Notes under the pieces: generated by a model
The model's input: only the letters and a program-made list of their open reading frames with translations
Told to the model about the DNA's origin: nothing
The model's database searches: none
Source of the DNA: Armatimonadota bacterium
GTDB taxonomy: Bacteria > Armatimonadota > SYMT01
DNA: 64,000 bases
Direction of reading: 5' to 3'
Assembly (NCBI GenBank): GCA_041690135.1
Contig: JAWLHY010000001.1
Span: 32,001-96,000, forward strand
Program-made: the position numbers and the translations under genes
Part shown: positions 19,695 through 28,938 of the stretch, piece by piece
Layout of the letters: every line of letters starts with the position of its first letter
Position numbering within the stretch: the stretch's first letter is position 1

Positions 19695-21026
19695 ATGCTG
19701 ACCATTCAAGGAGACCCCCAGCGCTACTGCGACGGCGTCTCCCGCCGCGAGTTCCTGAAGATCGGCGCCATGACGATGGGTGGCCTCACGCTCACCGACC
19801 TCCTGGCGGCCGAAGCACAGGCGGGCGTCCGCTCCTCGCACAAGTCGGTCATCATCGTCTATCTCCCCGGCGGGCTGGGGCACCAGGATTCGCTCGACCT
19901 CAAGATGGAGGCCCCATCCGAGATCCGCGGCGACTTCAAACCGATCCCCACCAACGTCTCGGGGATCGAGATCTGCGAGTTGATGCCGCGCCTGGCGAAG
20001 GCGATGGATAAGTTCACTATCCTCCGCTCCCTGGTCGGGGCGCGGGACGAGCACGCCAACCCGCTCTGCCTCAGCGGCTTCACGATGGCGGAGACCAACA
20101 AGAACCATCCCTGCCTGGGGGCCTCCATCGCGAAGATTTTCGGGCCCGTCGAGAAGACCGTCCCGCCCCACGTGGACCTGATCCCGAAGACCCAGCACAA
20201 GCCGTACTCCATTCCCGCCGCCAGCGGGTTCCTGGGCCGGGCCTACTCCGCGGCCCGCGTGGACGGGGACGGCGCCGAAGATATGACGCTCAAGGGCATC
20301 ACCCTGCAGCGCCTGCAGGACCGCAAGCGGTTGCTGGCTTCGGTGGATCGTTTCCGCAAGGCGGTCGACGACAGCGACATGGTCCAGGCGCAGGACATCG
20401 CCACTCAGCAGGCGTTCAACATCCTCACCTCGGCAAAGTTCGTGGAGGCGCTGGACGTGTCACGGGAGGACCCGAAGGTCCTGGAGAAGTACGGAAAGGG
20501 ATACGACAAGGTGGTGGGCGACGCCTGCCCCTGTAAGAACGAGCAGTTCCTGGCGGCCCGGCGGCTCGTGGAGGCGGGGGTCCGCTGTGTTTCCCTCGGC
20601 TACGGCTTCTGGGACTTCCACGGCGGCAACACCGGCAATATGAAGAAGTACCTGCCGATGCTGGACCAGGCCATCACCGCCCTGGTGCAGGATCTCCACG
20701 ATCGGGGCCTGGATAAGGACGTGTCCGTGCTGATGTGGGGCGACTTCGGCCGCACGCCCAAGATCAACAAAGACGCCGGGCGGGACCACTGGCCCCACGT
20801 GGCTTCCGCCCTGGTCGCTGGCGGTGGCATGCGCACCGGCCAGGTGATCGGCAGCACCACCAAAGACGGCGGCTACGCCGACGAACGCCCGATCCATTAC
20901 CGCGACGTGATGGCGACCCTCCTCCACCAGATGGGCTTCGACGTCCGCCACCAGCAAACCACCGACCAGCTCGACCGGCCCCAGTTCCTCTACCCCGGCC
21001 ATGAGCCCATAGAGGAGTTGATCTAA
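19695..21026 (+). CDS. DUF1501 domain protein (second copy)
   Basis: SRREFLKIG Tat-like signal, WDFH, WGDFGRTPKIN and GRDHWP motifs; ATG 19695 follows GAGGA. Confidence 0.85.
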   Translation: MLTIQGDPQRYCDGVSRREFLKIGAMTMGGLTLTDLLAAEAQAGVRSSHKSVIIVYLPGGLGHQDSLDLKMEAPSEIRGDFKPIPTNVSGIEICELMPRLAKAMDKFTILRSLVGARDEHANPLCLSGFTMAETNKNHPCLGASIAKIFGPVEKTVPPHVDLIPKTQHKPYSIPAASGFLGRAYSAARVDGDGAEDMTLKGITLQRLQDRKRLLASVDRFRKAVDDSDMVQAQDIATQQAFNILTSAKFVEALDVSREDPKVLEKYGKGYDKVVGDACPCKNEQFLAARRLVEAGVRCVSLGYGFWDFHGGNTGNMKKYLPMLDQAITALVQDLHDRGLDKDVSVLMWGDFGRTPKINKDAGRDHWPHVASALVAGGGMRTGQVIGSTTKDGGYADERPIHYRDVMATLLHQMGFDVRHQQTTDQLDRPQFLYPGHEPIEELI

Positions 21027-21306
21027 TTAGGGCACCCAGTAAGTGGCAATCGGATTTCCACGTAAGCGGGATACATCCAGTGGCATGGGCCGGGTCCCGT
21101 AGGACCAACTTTGGCAAGCGGTATCTGTTGGGAAGGTCTCGTACACCCGGCGAAGTTAGGGCCGTATTTTTCCGGCGGATTGGGGCTGATCCCGTTCTGT
21201 CAACTCGTGTCGGCACAGGTTCCGGTCCGGTGCGGTTTGGCGCAACAGGATCAACTTCATCAACAGCGGAATGGAGCGGCGTCGCATTCCCTACGATCCG
21301 GTTCCC

Positions 21307-21348
21307 TTTTCCGCATCCTTCCGCGTCTTTCCGCGGGCAAGACGGTTC
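21307..21348 (+). repeat. Short form of the TTCCGCG-unit dispersed repeat
   Basis: TTCCGCATCC-TTCCGCGTCT-TTCCGCGGGC-AAGACGGTTC, similar to copies at 25745, 45999, 48717 and 49017. Confidence 0.55.
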
Positions 21349-21359
21349 GGTTTTTCTCA

Positions 21360-22271
21360 TCAGGCCCGGCGCCAGCCGGTGGATTCCATGCGGTCCAGCT
21401 CCTTCCGGATCTCCACACCTTCATAGAAGGAGAGCCAGCCGCGGAGGCGACTCGTTTCGCCCGGATTGCAGTCAGGGAACTGCGGATCGGAGTGAAGGCA
21501 GGGGCAGGGCGGGTTGCCCCAGACGCGTTGGACCGGCTCCCACGCCGTGATGACCCAGCGGTTGCCGGCGGCGTTCCGGCAGGCAGCGTAGGGGGAGCGG
21601 AAGAGCTTGTTGTCGTTGGTCAACTGCTCGAACCCGGTGGCGCCCTTCAGCATCACGCAGTTCTGCACGCGCAGGCCCGTCAACGGCTGCGCCGTGCCGT
21701 TCACCAGCCACATCTCCATCCGGACGGCGTCCCGGCCGGGTGTCACTCGCGTGCCGAAGCGGACCTGGTTCGGCAGGATCCGCTCCATCTCGAGGTCCCC
21801 GTCTTCCTTCCGCTGCCACTCCAGCTTCGGGAGCTCGACGCCCTGCTGCGACCAGAGGGTGGGCACATGGGTGTGCGCCAGGTAGAGCAGGCCGAGGTTG
21901 GAGAAGATCGCCTCCGGCACGTCGGCGACCACGTAGCTCGTGGGGTCCCAGGGCGTGAAGATGCTGACCTTCGTCTCCCGCTGGGGGTGGACCGCGCCTT
22001 CCAGGAACTGGATGCGGGGATGCCGGCCGCCGGGGTAAGGGAGGACCAGCAGCTTTGACCCCGCGGGTCGCTCGGGCCGGTTATTGACGGTGATGGGGAA
22101 CCGGCTCCGCGCCCGCATCACCTCTTCCAGGGTCATCCCGAAGGCGGCCCCGATCTCCTCGTCGCTGAAGTGGTGATACCAGATCATCGATTCCAGCCAG
22201 AGCCGGAGCTCTTCGTCATCCTTCGGCGGCCGTCCTTCCATCCGATCCTCCCACGCGCCCAGAGGTGGCAT
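21360..22271 (-). CDS. Conserved-looking hypothetical protein
   Basis: 303-aa ORF with strong GC3 bias and motif-like segments (LPYPGGRHPRI, LYLAHTHVPT, CPCLHSDP); 3 bp from the GNAT gene. Confidence 0.7.
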   Translation of the reverse strand: MPPLGAWEDRMEGRPPKDDEELRLWLESMIWYHHFSDEEIGAAFGMTLEEVMRARSRFPITVNNRPERPAGSKLLVLPYPGGRHPRIQFLEGAVHPQRETKVSIFTPWDPTSYVVADVPEAIFSNLGLLYLAHTHVPTLWSQQGVELPKLEWQRKEDGDLEMERILPNQVRFGTRVTPGRDAVRMEMWLVNGTAQPLTGLRVQNCVMLKGATGFEQLTNDNKLFRSPYAACRNAAGNRWVITAWEPVQRVWGNPPCPCLHSDPQFPDCNPGETSRLRGWLSFYEGVEIRKELDRMESTGWRRA

Positions 22272-22274
22272 CCG

Positions 22275-23327
22275 TTACTCCCACCCGCGCTCCGAGAGAT
22301 ACTTCCGGACCGTGGTGGTTTCTACCTGCCACTCCGTATGCGTGTGGTGCGGTCGGAAGCCCAACTCGTGGTTGATCTTGAGCATCGGGACGTTCGAGCT
22401 GGCATTGCCGGTGCGCACCCGCTGGGCTCGCGGCCGTCTTTCCAGGACGCGCTCCAGCATCGTCGCCTTCAACCACCGGCCCATTCCCCGGTTCTGGTAT
22501 TCGGGGAAGACCGCCGTGTCGTCCTGGTCGAGAATCTCCGGGCGGTCGGGGTGCCAGTACACCTCCGTGTACCCCGCAATCATCCCCGTGGAGCGGTCCC
22601 GCAGGAAGAGCGTCCACCGTTCGATCCGCGTCATCTCCAGCCAGCGGTTGTGCTCGCGGAGTTGGTCCGGAGTGAGGTGAACGTCTTCCACTTCCAGGTC
22701 GCCGCGGGGCATCAGGTTCACCGCCGCCTTCATGGCGATGGCGTCTGGAAAGAACTCTTCGGGGTAGGGGCCTTCTAGTGCGCCGACTTCGAACCCCTGG
22801 CCTTCCGGGTCGAACCGTTCTTTCCACCGGGCGAGGAGGCTCCGGTCCAACGTCGCCAGGAGCAGTTGGTTGGAAGTCATCAGCAGCGCCGGCCGCGCCT
22901 CCAGCCGCCGCATGAACTCTTCTCCCGCGGGAATACGATCGGAGCTGCCGCCCAGGAGGAGCCTCCGGCTCCACGCTTCGGCCGTCTCAACCACCGGCGC
23001 CAACAGCCGGGTGCCCAGCCCGCGCCGGCGCCACTCGCGATCGACGTGCACGCCGAACCAGGCGCAGTGGCGGTTCTCTTCCGCCTCCGTGACGTGCAGC
23101 CAGGAGCGGCCCACCACCTGCTCTCCTTGCCACACGGCCCAGCGCCGGATCCGCACGTGTGCCGGGGGGTTGGTCAACGCCTCGCGCGTCTGCTGCTCGG
23201 TCACTGGTGGGTCTTCGGGCATGAACTCCTGCTGCATCCGGTTGGTCAACCGGTTCCAGGCACGGAACTGCTCTGCGGTAGCCGTTGTAGCGGGAAATTC
23301 CTCGGGGGTCATTTCAGTGCTCCACAC
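22275..23327 (-). CDS. Tandem GNAT-family N-acetyltransferase
   Basis: Two acetyl-CoA motifs (VDREWRRRGLGTRL and VFPEYQNRGMGRWLK) and NASSNVPMLKINHELGF. Confidence 0.88.
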   Translation of the reverse strand: MWSTEMTPEEFPATTATAEQFRAWNRLTNRMQQEFMPEDPPVTEQQTREALTNPPAHVRIRRWAVWQGEQVVGRSWLHVTEAEENRHCAWFGVHVDREWRRRGLGTRLLAPVVETAEAWSRRLLLGGSSDRIPAGEEFMRRLEARPALLMTSNQLLLATLDRSLLARWKERFDPEGQGFEVGALEGPYPEEFFPDAIAMKAAVNLMPRGDLEVEDVHLTPDQLREHNRWLEMTRIERWTLFLRDRSTGMIAGYTEVYWHPDRPEILDQDDTAVFPEYQNRGMGRWLKATMLERVLERRPRAQRVRTGNASSNVPMLKINHELGFRPHHTHTEWQVETTTVRKYLSERGWE

Positions 23328-23523
23328 TGTAACGGTGTCCAGCCGGACTTCTCAGCTAACGGGTTGGGAAGCATCGGAACAGTTTTTGTCCCCTCGGCAC
23401 GAGCCTGTTTCTACTCACAACTTTGCGAGGCTTGCCGGAGTGACGGCGCTTGCGCGGCCAACTCATGTGAGGCGGTACCTTGTCAGATACTTACACGCAC
23501 CCCTTTACTTCCTGTCCGTGGGC

Positions 23524-24393
23524 TCAGCCAGCCGGTCCCAGGATCAGCGCCCGGCCGTCCCAGATGTAGGACAATTCCAATGGATCCGTGATCGGCCACT
23601 TCTCCCGGCCGTAACTGGGGTCCGCCACCTCGATCCATCTCCCTTCCGGATCGCCCGTGAGGACCACGACGGCGTGGAAGACGCCGGGGGTCCAGCCGTA
23701 GCCCTGCATCCGCTTCGCCACCTCGGGCGGCGCACCCCGACGCAGGCCGACCCGGACCACGGCGGGACCATCGAGCCGGCTGAAGTCCGCCGCACCCCGC
23801 AGATGAAGGAGGCGCGGGCGTAGGCGGTGCGAGCCTGCCTTTAAGGCAAGCCCCCGGTAAAGCCCCAGAGTGGGCGTGCCCAGCCGCTCCCGGGTGAGGC
23901 AGAGCCGGGCCATCTCCGCCTCCGTGGCGGGGATACCATGGTGATGGAGCACCATCACGGCCGCGGCGGCGCTGCAACTGTCGTCACTGGTCTGGCGGCA
24001 GAGGCCCGTGGCATCCACCGTCCCCGCCAGTCCCGCCGGTGTGGGAAAAAAGAGCCAGGCGTAGCTCCAGAACGCCGCTCCCAGGGCGCCCGCCCCCAGG
24101 AGGCCTGCACGCACCCGGGCGGAGGTGTCGTTTGCCTGTCGCCAGAGCAGGACCAACAGCGCGCCGACCCCTTCCAGGGAGAGGTTGGTGAAGAAAACCA
24201 GGTCCGGCCAGGAAAGACGCATGGCATCCCAGGCCCACTCCGCCCGCCGCTCCAGTACCATCCCGCCCACTACCGCCAGCAGCAATCCCACGCCGAAGCC
24301 GCGACTCGCCGCCGACCCTGGAGGCAGCCGCGCAGCGAGAGCCACACAGGCCACCGTGAGAACCGCGTGCGCAAGCAAGTACTGGAACGGCAT
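23524..24393 (-). CDS. Membrane-anchored C39-like cysteine peptidase
   Basis: Four N-terminal TM segments, then RQTSDDSCSAAA (Cys), HAVVV (His) and VADP (Asp). Start moved to ATG 24393. Confidence 0.75.
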   Translation of the reverse strand: MPFQYLLAHAVLTVACVALAARLPPGSAASRGFGVGLLLAVVGGMVLERRAEWAWDAMRLSWPDLVFFTNLSLEGVGALLVLLWRQANDTSARVRAGLLGAGALGAAFWSYAWLFFPTPAGLAGTVDATGLCRQTSDDSCSAAAAVMVLHHHGIPATEAEMARLCLTRERLGTPTLGLYRGLALKAGSHRLRPRLLHLRGAADFSRLDGPAVVRVGLRRGAPPEVAKRMQGYGWTPGVFHAVVVLTGDPEGRWIEVADPSYGREKWPITDPLELSYIWDGRALILGPAG

Positions 24394-24680
24394 GGAAGGG
24401 GTCCCGACTCCGGTCTTCTTATCGGCGCCGCCACGCAAGTCCCGGCAGGAAGGATCGCCTCATTGGCTGTTGTGGCAAAGGGGTCGGCCAGCCTACACCA
24501 CTCAGTTCCCTGGCTCGTGGGGGACACCCTTCTGGGCTGTGTTCCCCACCCGTTAAGCTGGTGGAGACGGGCCGTGGCCGAATCTGTCGGATATTTGTCC
24601 TTCATGCCGTACCGCGCCGTGCTACTTTACTTCTGACACCGAATCTCTGGCGGATGGGAGATTGAGTTGGGATAGGAGGA

Positions 24681-25721
24681 GTGGCCAACGTGAACGACAA
24701 CGGACGCGCGCAAGCTCCGGCCGGGAAGCCGAGGCGAGTGGTGGTGCTGGCTTACCCCCTGGTGGACCTGCTGGATGTGGCAGGCCCTACCGAGGTGTTC
24801 GGGCTGGCCAATTTCCTGGCCGCCGGAATGGCGGGTGCGTCGGCGCACCACTACCGACTGGAAGTGATCGCGACCGGAGACCAGCTTCAACTCCCCACGG
24901 CCTTCGGACTGGCGTTGACCGCGCAACGCCTGCTTTCCGACCTCTCGGACGAAGAGATCGGTGAAATCGATACGCTACTGATCCCCGCCGGCCCACCGGA
25001 AGCGGGACCGATGCACGACCCGGCGCTCCACCACTGGCTGCGGGAGGCGGCGCCTCGCATCCGACGTGTCGGCTCCGTGTGCGCCGGCGCCCTGGTGCTG
25101 GCGGCTGCCGGCCTCCTGGATGGGCGCCGGGCCACCTCCCACTGGCAGGTCTGCGGGCTGCTCGCCCGGGAGTACCCCCGCGTGACGGTCGAGCCGGATG
25201 CCATCTACGTGAAGGACGGGAACATCTACAGCTCGGCCGGCTCCACGGCGGGTATCGACCTGGCACTCGCGATGCTGGAGGAGGACCTGGGCCGGGAGAC
25301 GACACTGGAGGTCGCCCGGAACCTGATCATGTTCGCCCGGCGGCCCGGCGGGCAAAGCCAGTTCACGCCGCTGCTCCAACTCCAGAACGGCGGACCGACC
25401 CCCTTGCGCAGCCTGCAGGATTGGATCCTCGACCACCTGCGTGAGGACCTCTCCATCCAGCGGCTGGCGGAGCAGGTCCACATGAGCCCCCGGCACTTCT
25501 CGCGAGTCTTCACGCAGGAGGTCGGCTGGACTCCGGCACGCTTCGTGGAGCGCCTGCGGGTCGACGCGGCGCGCAGCCTGCTGGAAGAGACCCATGCGGA
25601 CCTGGAGCGGGTGGCGCGGCACTGCGGGTTCGGCTCGGCCGACTCCATGCGGCGCGCCTTCCTGCGGGTCGTGCGGGTCCCGCCCCAGGACTATCGCAGC
25701 CGCTTCCAACGCCCCGCCTGA
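24681..25721 (+). CDS. GlxA-family AraC transcriptional regulator (DJ-1/PfpI plus HTH)
   Basis: LLDVAGPTEVF, SVCAGALVLAAAGLLDGRRATSHW, SSAGSTAGIDLAL, RRPGGQSQF and the AraC HTH. Confidence 0.92.
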   Translation: MANVNDNGRAQAPAGKPRRVVVLAYPLVDLLDVAGPTEVFGLANFLAAGMAGASAHHYRLEVIATGDQLQLPTAFGLALTAQRLLSDLSDEEIGEIDTLLIPAGPPEAGPMHDPALHHWLREAAPRIRRVGSVCAGALVLAAAGLLDGRRATSHWQVCGLLAREYPRVTVEPDAIYVKDGNIYSSAGSTAGIDLALAMLEEDLGRETTLEVARNLIMFARRPGGQSQFTPLLQLQNGGPTPLRSLQDWILDHLREDLSIQRLAEQVHMSPRHFSRVFTQEVGWTPARFVERLRVDAARSLLEETHADLERVARHCGFGSADSMRRAFLRVVRVPPQDYRSRFQRPA

Positions 25722-25744
25722 CTTCGAGAGGGTCCACCAAACAA

Positions 25745-25818
25745 GAACCGCGGAGTTGGGGAGCCAGGTTAACCCGCGAGCCTGCCCGTATGGGAACACA
25801 TGGAAGAACGCGGAAGGA
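25745..25818 (-). repeat. Long form of the dispersed ~70-bp repeat (copy 1)
   Basis: Reverse complement TTCCGCGTTCTTCCATGTGTTCCCATACGGGCAGGCTCGCGGG... matches 45999-46072 and 49017-49079. Confidence 0.8.
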
Positions 25819-25819
25819 A

Positions 25820-27238
25820 ATGATGCCCTTTTCTCCGTCCGAGAGACACAAGACACCCCCAGTGCGGTCCCGAAGGGAAGCGGCTACGAATACGAGAGCG
25901 CGACGGGTGCTGGCGGGGTTCGGGTGCGCGGGAACCATTCTGACGGTCCTGTTCCTGGTGCTGGCGTTCGCCCGGCATACGGGCATCTGGGATCTCAGCG
26001 AGCATCGCGCGATCCGCTACCGGAGCACTCAACCCTCCGACCCTATCGCGCGGCTGCAGCGACGGATCGACGCGGGAGAGATCGCGCTGTCGCGAGAGCC
26101 GGGCCATGGCTACCTCTCCGCTCTCCTGCGCAATCTGGAGATTCCGGTCCTGTCGCAGGGCCTGGTCTTCTCCAAAACCAGCTTCCATCGCGACCTGATC
26201 TCCCCCAAAACGCCGCGCGCGCTCTACTTCAACGACCACACTTACGTCGGTTGGGTGCCGCACGCGGAGAATCTGGAGATCGCGACCCTGGATCCACAAC
26301 TCGGAACCGTGTTCTATACCCTCGATCAGCGACAGGAGCCGCCGCGGTTCGTACGCCGCACCCACGAGTGCCTGCAGTGCCACAGCGCCGGGCGAACCCA
26401 ACGAGTTCCAGGACTGGTGCTCCGGTCCGTTTTCACCAACGAGCAGGGACGACCGGCGCGGTTCGGGCAAAACATCGTCCTGACCGACGCCACCCCGTTC
26501 GCAGACCGCTGGGGCGGCTGGTACGTGTCCGGCACACACGGTGCCATGCTCCATCGCGGGAACCAGGCGCGCACCGGGACGGGGAACTCGAAACAGCCCG
26601 ACCTGAAAAAGGGGGCGAATGTCACGGACCTGGGGCAGCTTTTCGACCCAACATCCTACCTGGCTCCGCACTCGGACATCGTCGCGCTCATGCTTCTGCA
26701 GCACCAGGCCCACCTGCACAACGTGATGACCCGGGCGAACTTCGACACGCGGGTCGCCCTGGCGGAAACACCCGGCTCCGCCGTGAATCGGACCCTGGAA
26801 GCGGACGAATCCGACTTCGAGGAACTTTCCGAGGAGGCGCGCATGCGGGTCGGCAAGGCCACGGAGGCGCTGGTGCGAGCGCTACTCTTTGCCGGAGAAG
26901 CACCCCTCCGCTCCCAGGTCCGGGGTACCACCTCCTTCGCGCGAGACTTCGCCGCGCGGGGTCCCCACGACCGGAAGGGCCGATCCCTCCGGGAGCTGGA
27001 TCTGCGCCGGCGACTCCTCCGGTATCCCTGCAGCTACCTGATCCATTCCGAGCAGTTCGACGGTCTGCCGCGCCCCACCCGGGAATACGTTTACCGGCGC
27101 CTCTGGCAGGTATTGGATGGAAAGGATAATGAAGTAGGTTTCCGGCACCTGACGGACGAGGACCGCGCGGCCCTGATCGAGATCCTTACCGACACCCGGC
27201 CCGGTTTTGCGGCCGCACAACCAGCAGATTTCCCATAA
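25820..27238 (+). CDS. Exported hypothetical protein with one CxxCH heme-binding motif
   Basis: N-terminal TM/signal and ECLQCH motif; start uncertain. Confidence 0.7.
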   Translation: MMPFSPSERHKTPPVRSRREAATNTRARRVLAGFGCAGTILTVLFLVLAFARHTGIWDLSEHRAIRYRSTQPSDPIARLQRRIDAGEIALSREPGHGYLSALLRNLEIPVLSQGLVFSKTSFHRDLISPKTPRALYFNDHTYVGWVPHAENLEIATLDPQLGTVFYTLDQRQEPPRFVRRTHECLQCHSAGRTQRVPGLVLRSVFTNEQGRPARFGQNIVLTDATPFADRWGGWYVSGTHGAMLHRGNQARTGTGNSKQPDLKKGANVTDLGQLFDPTSYLAPHSDIVALMLLQHQAHLHNVMTRANFDTRVALAETPGSAVNRTLEADESDFEELSEEARMRVGKATEALVRALLFAGEAPLRSQVRGTTSFARDFAARGPHDRKGRSLRELDLRRRLLRYPCSYLIHSEQFDGLPRPTREYVYRRLWQVLDGKDNEVGFRHLTDEDRAALIEILTDTRPGFAAAQPADFP

Positions 27239-27258
27239 CGAACCCTGGAGACTTCCGG

Positions 27259-27837
27259 ATGCAGCGCTATCTTCCCGCCATCGCTTGTCTGGCCGTGCTG
27301 TTGAGCCCCGTGCTGGCCCAAAACCGGCCGTCACGCGGGAAAGCGAATGCGACCAAAACAAAGCAGGCAACCGCCAGCCTGAAGCCCACCCCGCCGGCGC
27401 CGGCAACCGGGGTGAGCGTGGAGGAGGCCCGCCGGACCGTGGAACTACTGAACGATGTCTACCAGGTGAGCCTGCAGGAGATTCACCGCCGCTTCCCGAT
27501 CGGTGGCGGTCAACCCATCGTGGCCGCCCTGGTCATCCGGGACATCCAGAAGCGGGTCAGTAACCGGCGCGGGGTGCAATCCCGATTTCTGGCGGTCGAT
27601 ACGCGCGCAATGAATCTCGACCACGCGGCGAAAGACGCCTTCGAGCGCCGGGCGGTGGAGAAACTGGCGGCGGGGGCGCGCCGCTGGGAAGTGGTGGAGA
27701 ACGGTCAACTGCGCGTTGCCACCGTGGTGCCCCTGGGTGGCACCTGCTTTCCGTGCCACTCCACGGCAAAGGGAGACATGGGTCGCGCGGCGATCAGTTG
27801 GAAGGTGGCGCTGGGTCCCACGTCGGGACAGGAGTAA
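27259..27837 (+). CDS. DUF3365-like secreted c-type heme protein
   Basis: Signal peptide, AMNLDHAAKDAFERRAV motif and C-terminal CFPCH. Confidence 0.75.
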   Translation: MQRYLPAIACLAVLLSPVLAQNRPSRGKANATKTKQATASLKPTPPAPATGVSVEEARRTVELLNDVYQVSLQEIHRRFPIGGGQPIVAALVIRDIQKRVSNRRGVQSRFLAVDTRAMNLDHAAKDAFERRAVEKLAAGARRWEVVENGQLRVATVVPLGGTCFPCHSTAKGDMGRAAISWKVALGPTSGQE

Positions 27838-27840
27838 GCT

Positions 27841-28170
27841 CTAGCCGAAAGTTCTCTCTGCGGAACCACCCACCCGCCGGCGCCACCACCGCTCCATGGC
27901 CCGGGCTGTGAGAAAAATGGCGAATAACACCGCGGCGAGTGGTGACGCCACCCAACCGAGCATCCATAGGAGACCCAGGGCCCCAGCCATCACCACAGCT
28001 TCTATCCCCGGTCGTCCGCGTAAGAACGCCAGGGCCAATCCGAAGAGGGCCGCGACGGGAGCCAGGAATCCCACGCTGACGAGGCCCGTGAACAGGGCCG
28101 CGGAGACCAGGGCGATGACCGTTCGCCCGATCACGACCTCTTTAGCCGTGTAACTCTGGCTCTGCATCAT
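27841..28170 (-). CDS. Small hypothetical membrane protein
   Basis: 109-aa hydrophobic ORF with GAGAGG RBS. Confidence 0.55.
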   Translation of the reverse strand: MMQSQSYTAKEVVIGRTVIALVSAALFTGLVSVGFLAPVAALFGLALAFLRGRPGIEAVVMAGALGLLWMLGWVASPLAAVLFAIFLTARAMERWWRRRVGGSAERTFG

Positions 28171-28190
28171 CCTCTCAAACGCAGCTCTTC

Positions 28191-28520
28191 TCAGACGCAG
28201 TTCTTCGAGAAGCGCAGGAAGGGTGCCTGGCGGGTGCGCGGGTCCGGATCGAACAGTGCGCCGACGATCCCGCGCTGCGCGAACTGCCGCGCCCGAGCGC
28301 CGAACTCCTTCCGATTGCGGGAGAAGACGACCGCCCGCAGCGAAGCCTTCTCGACCTCATCGCACTCGTTGAGGTACTCCTGGGCGGCATCCAGGGAAGT
28401 AAAAACCAGGACGCAATGTCCCAGAGGAATGGCGGCCCGACGCGATGAGCCATCCGCGGCTTCGACCTGCCACAGCACGTGATCAAAAACAGAGCTAGGT
28501 AAACACTTCGTTCCGAGCAT
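28191..28520 (-). CDS. Hypothetical protein (weak SseB-N-like VLVFTSLDAAQEY motif)
   Basis: 109-aa ORF from ATG 28520, co-oriented with the adjacent small gene. Confidence 0.55.
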   Translation of the reverse strand: MLGTKCLPSSVFDHVLWQVEAADGSSRRAAIPLGHCVLVFTSLDAAQEYLNECDEVEKASLRAVVFSRNRKEFGARARQFAQRGIVGALFDPDPRTRQAPFLRFSKNCV

Positions 28521-28938
28521 CGTCCCACCCGGCCATCCGGACCCGAAAAACGGGAGGCACCTGTCATTTTCCGCCCTTCGGTGCCGCAATTATATCTTCA
28601 GTCCGGGCCGTGTCGGTCACATCGAATGCGGCATGAATGCGGAATGGAAGGGCTCGTTTGGCGACCCGGACGGTCTGTATCTACCCGGTTTCGGGCGTCG
28701 TACAAACGGGCAAGCCCCGGATGAACCGCACCCTCACCCCTGGCTCCTGCCTTTCGTAGATGCTTGCATACACATCGCCGGACCGATATGTACCTTAGGA
28801 AGCAGCAAGCAGCAGAATTCGCTCGCCCCACTTTGCTCCCGCGTTCCGAAAGCGAGAGTGCTGCGCCACGTACCGGCCGGCCCGCGCTCATCATCCGCTC
28901 CACTACCCGCTCCATCATCCATCGCCGCACCCGCACCC

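Noticed and set aside
28633-28938. N-terminal extensions in the ORF track for wzc (also 19260, 36295, 41016, 45996, 61281, 62327)
   Set aside because: The extensions are low-complexity or repeat-derived, and downstream ATGs fit family N-termini, signal peptides or RBS positions better.
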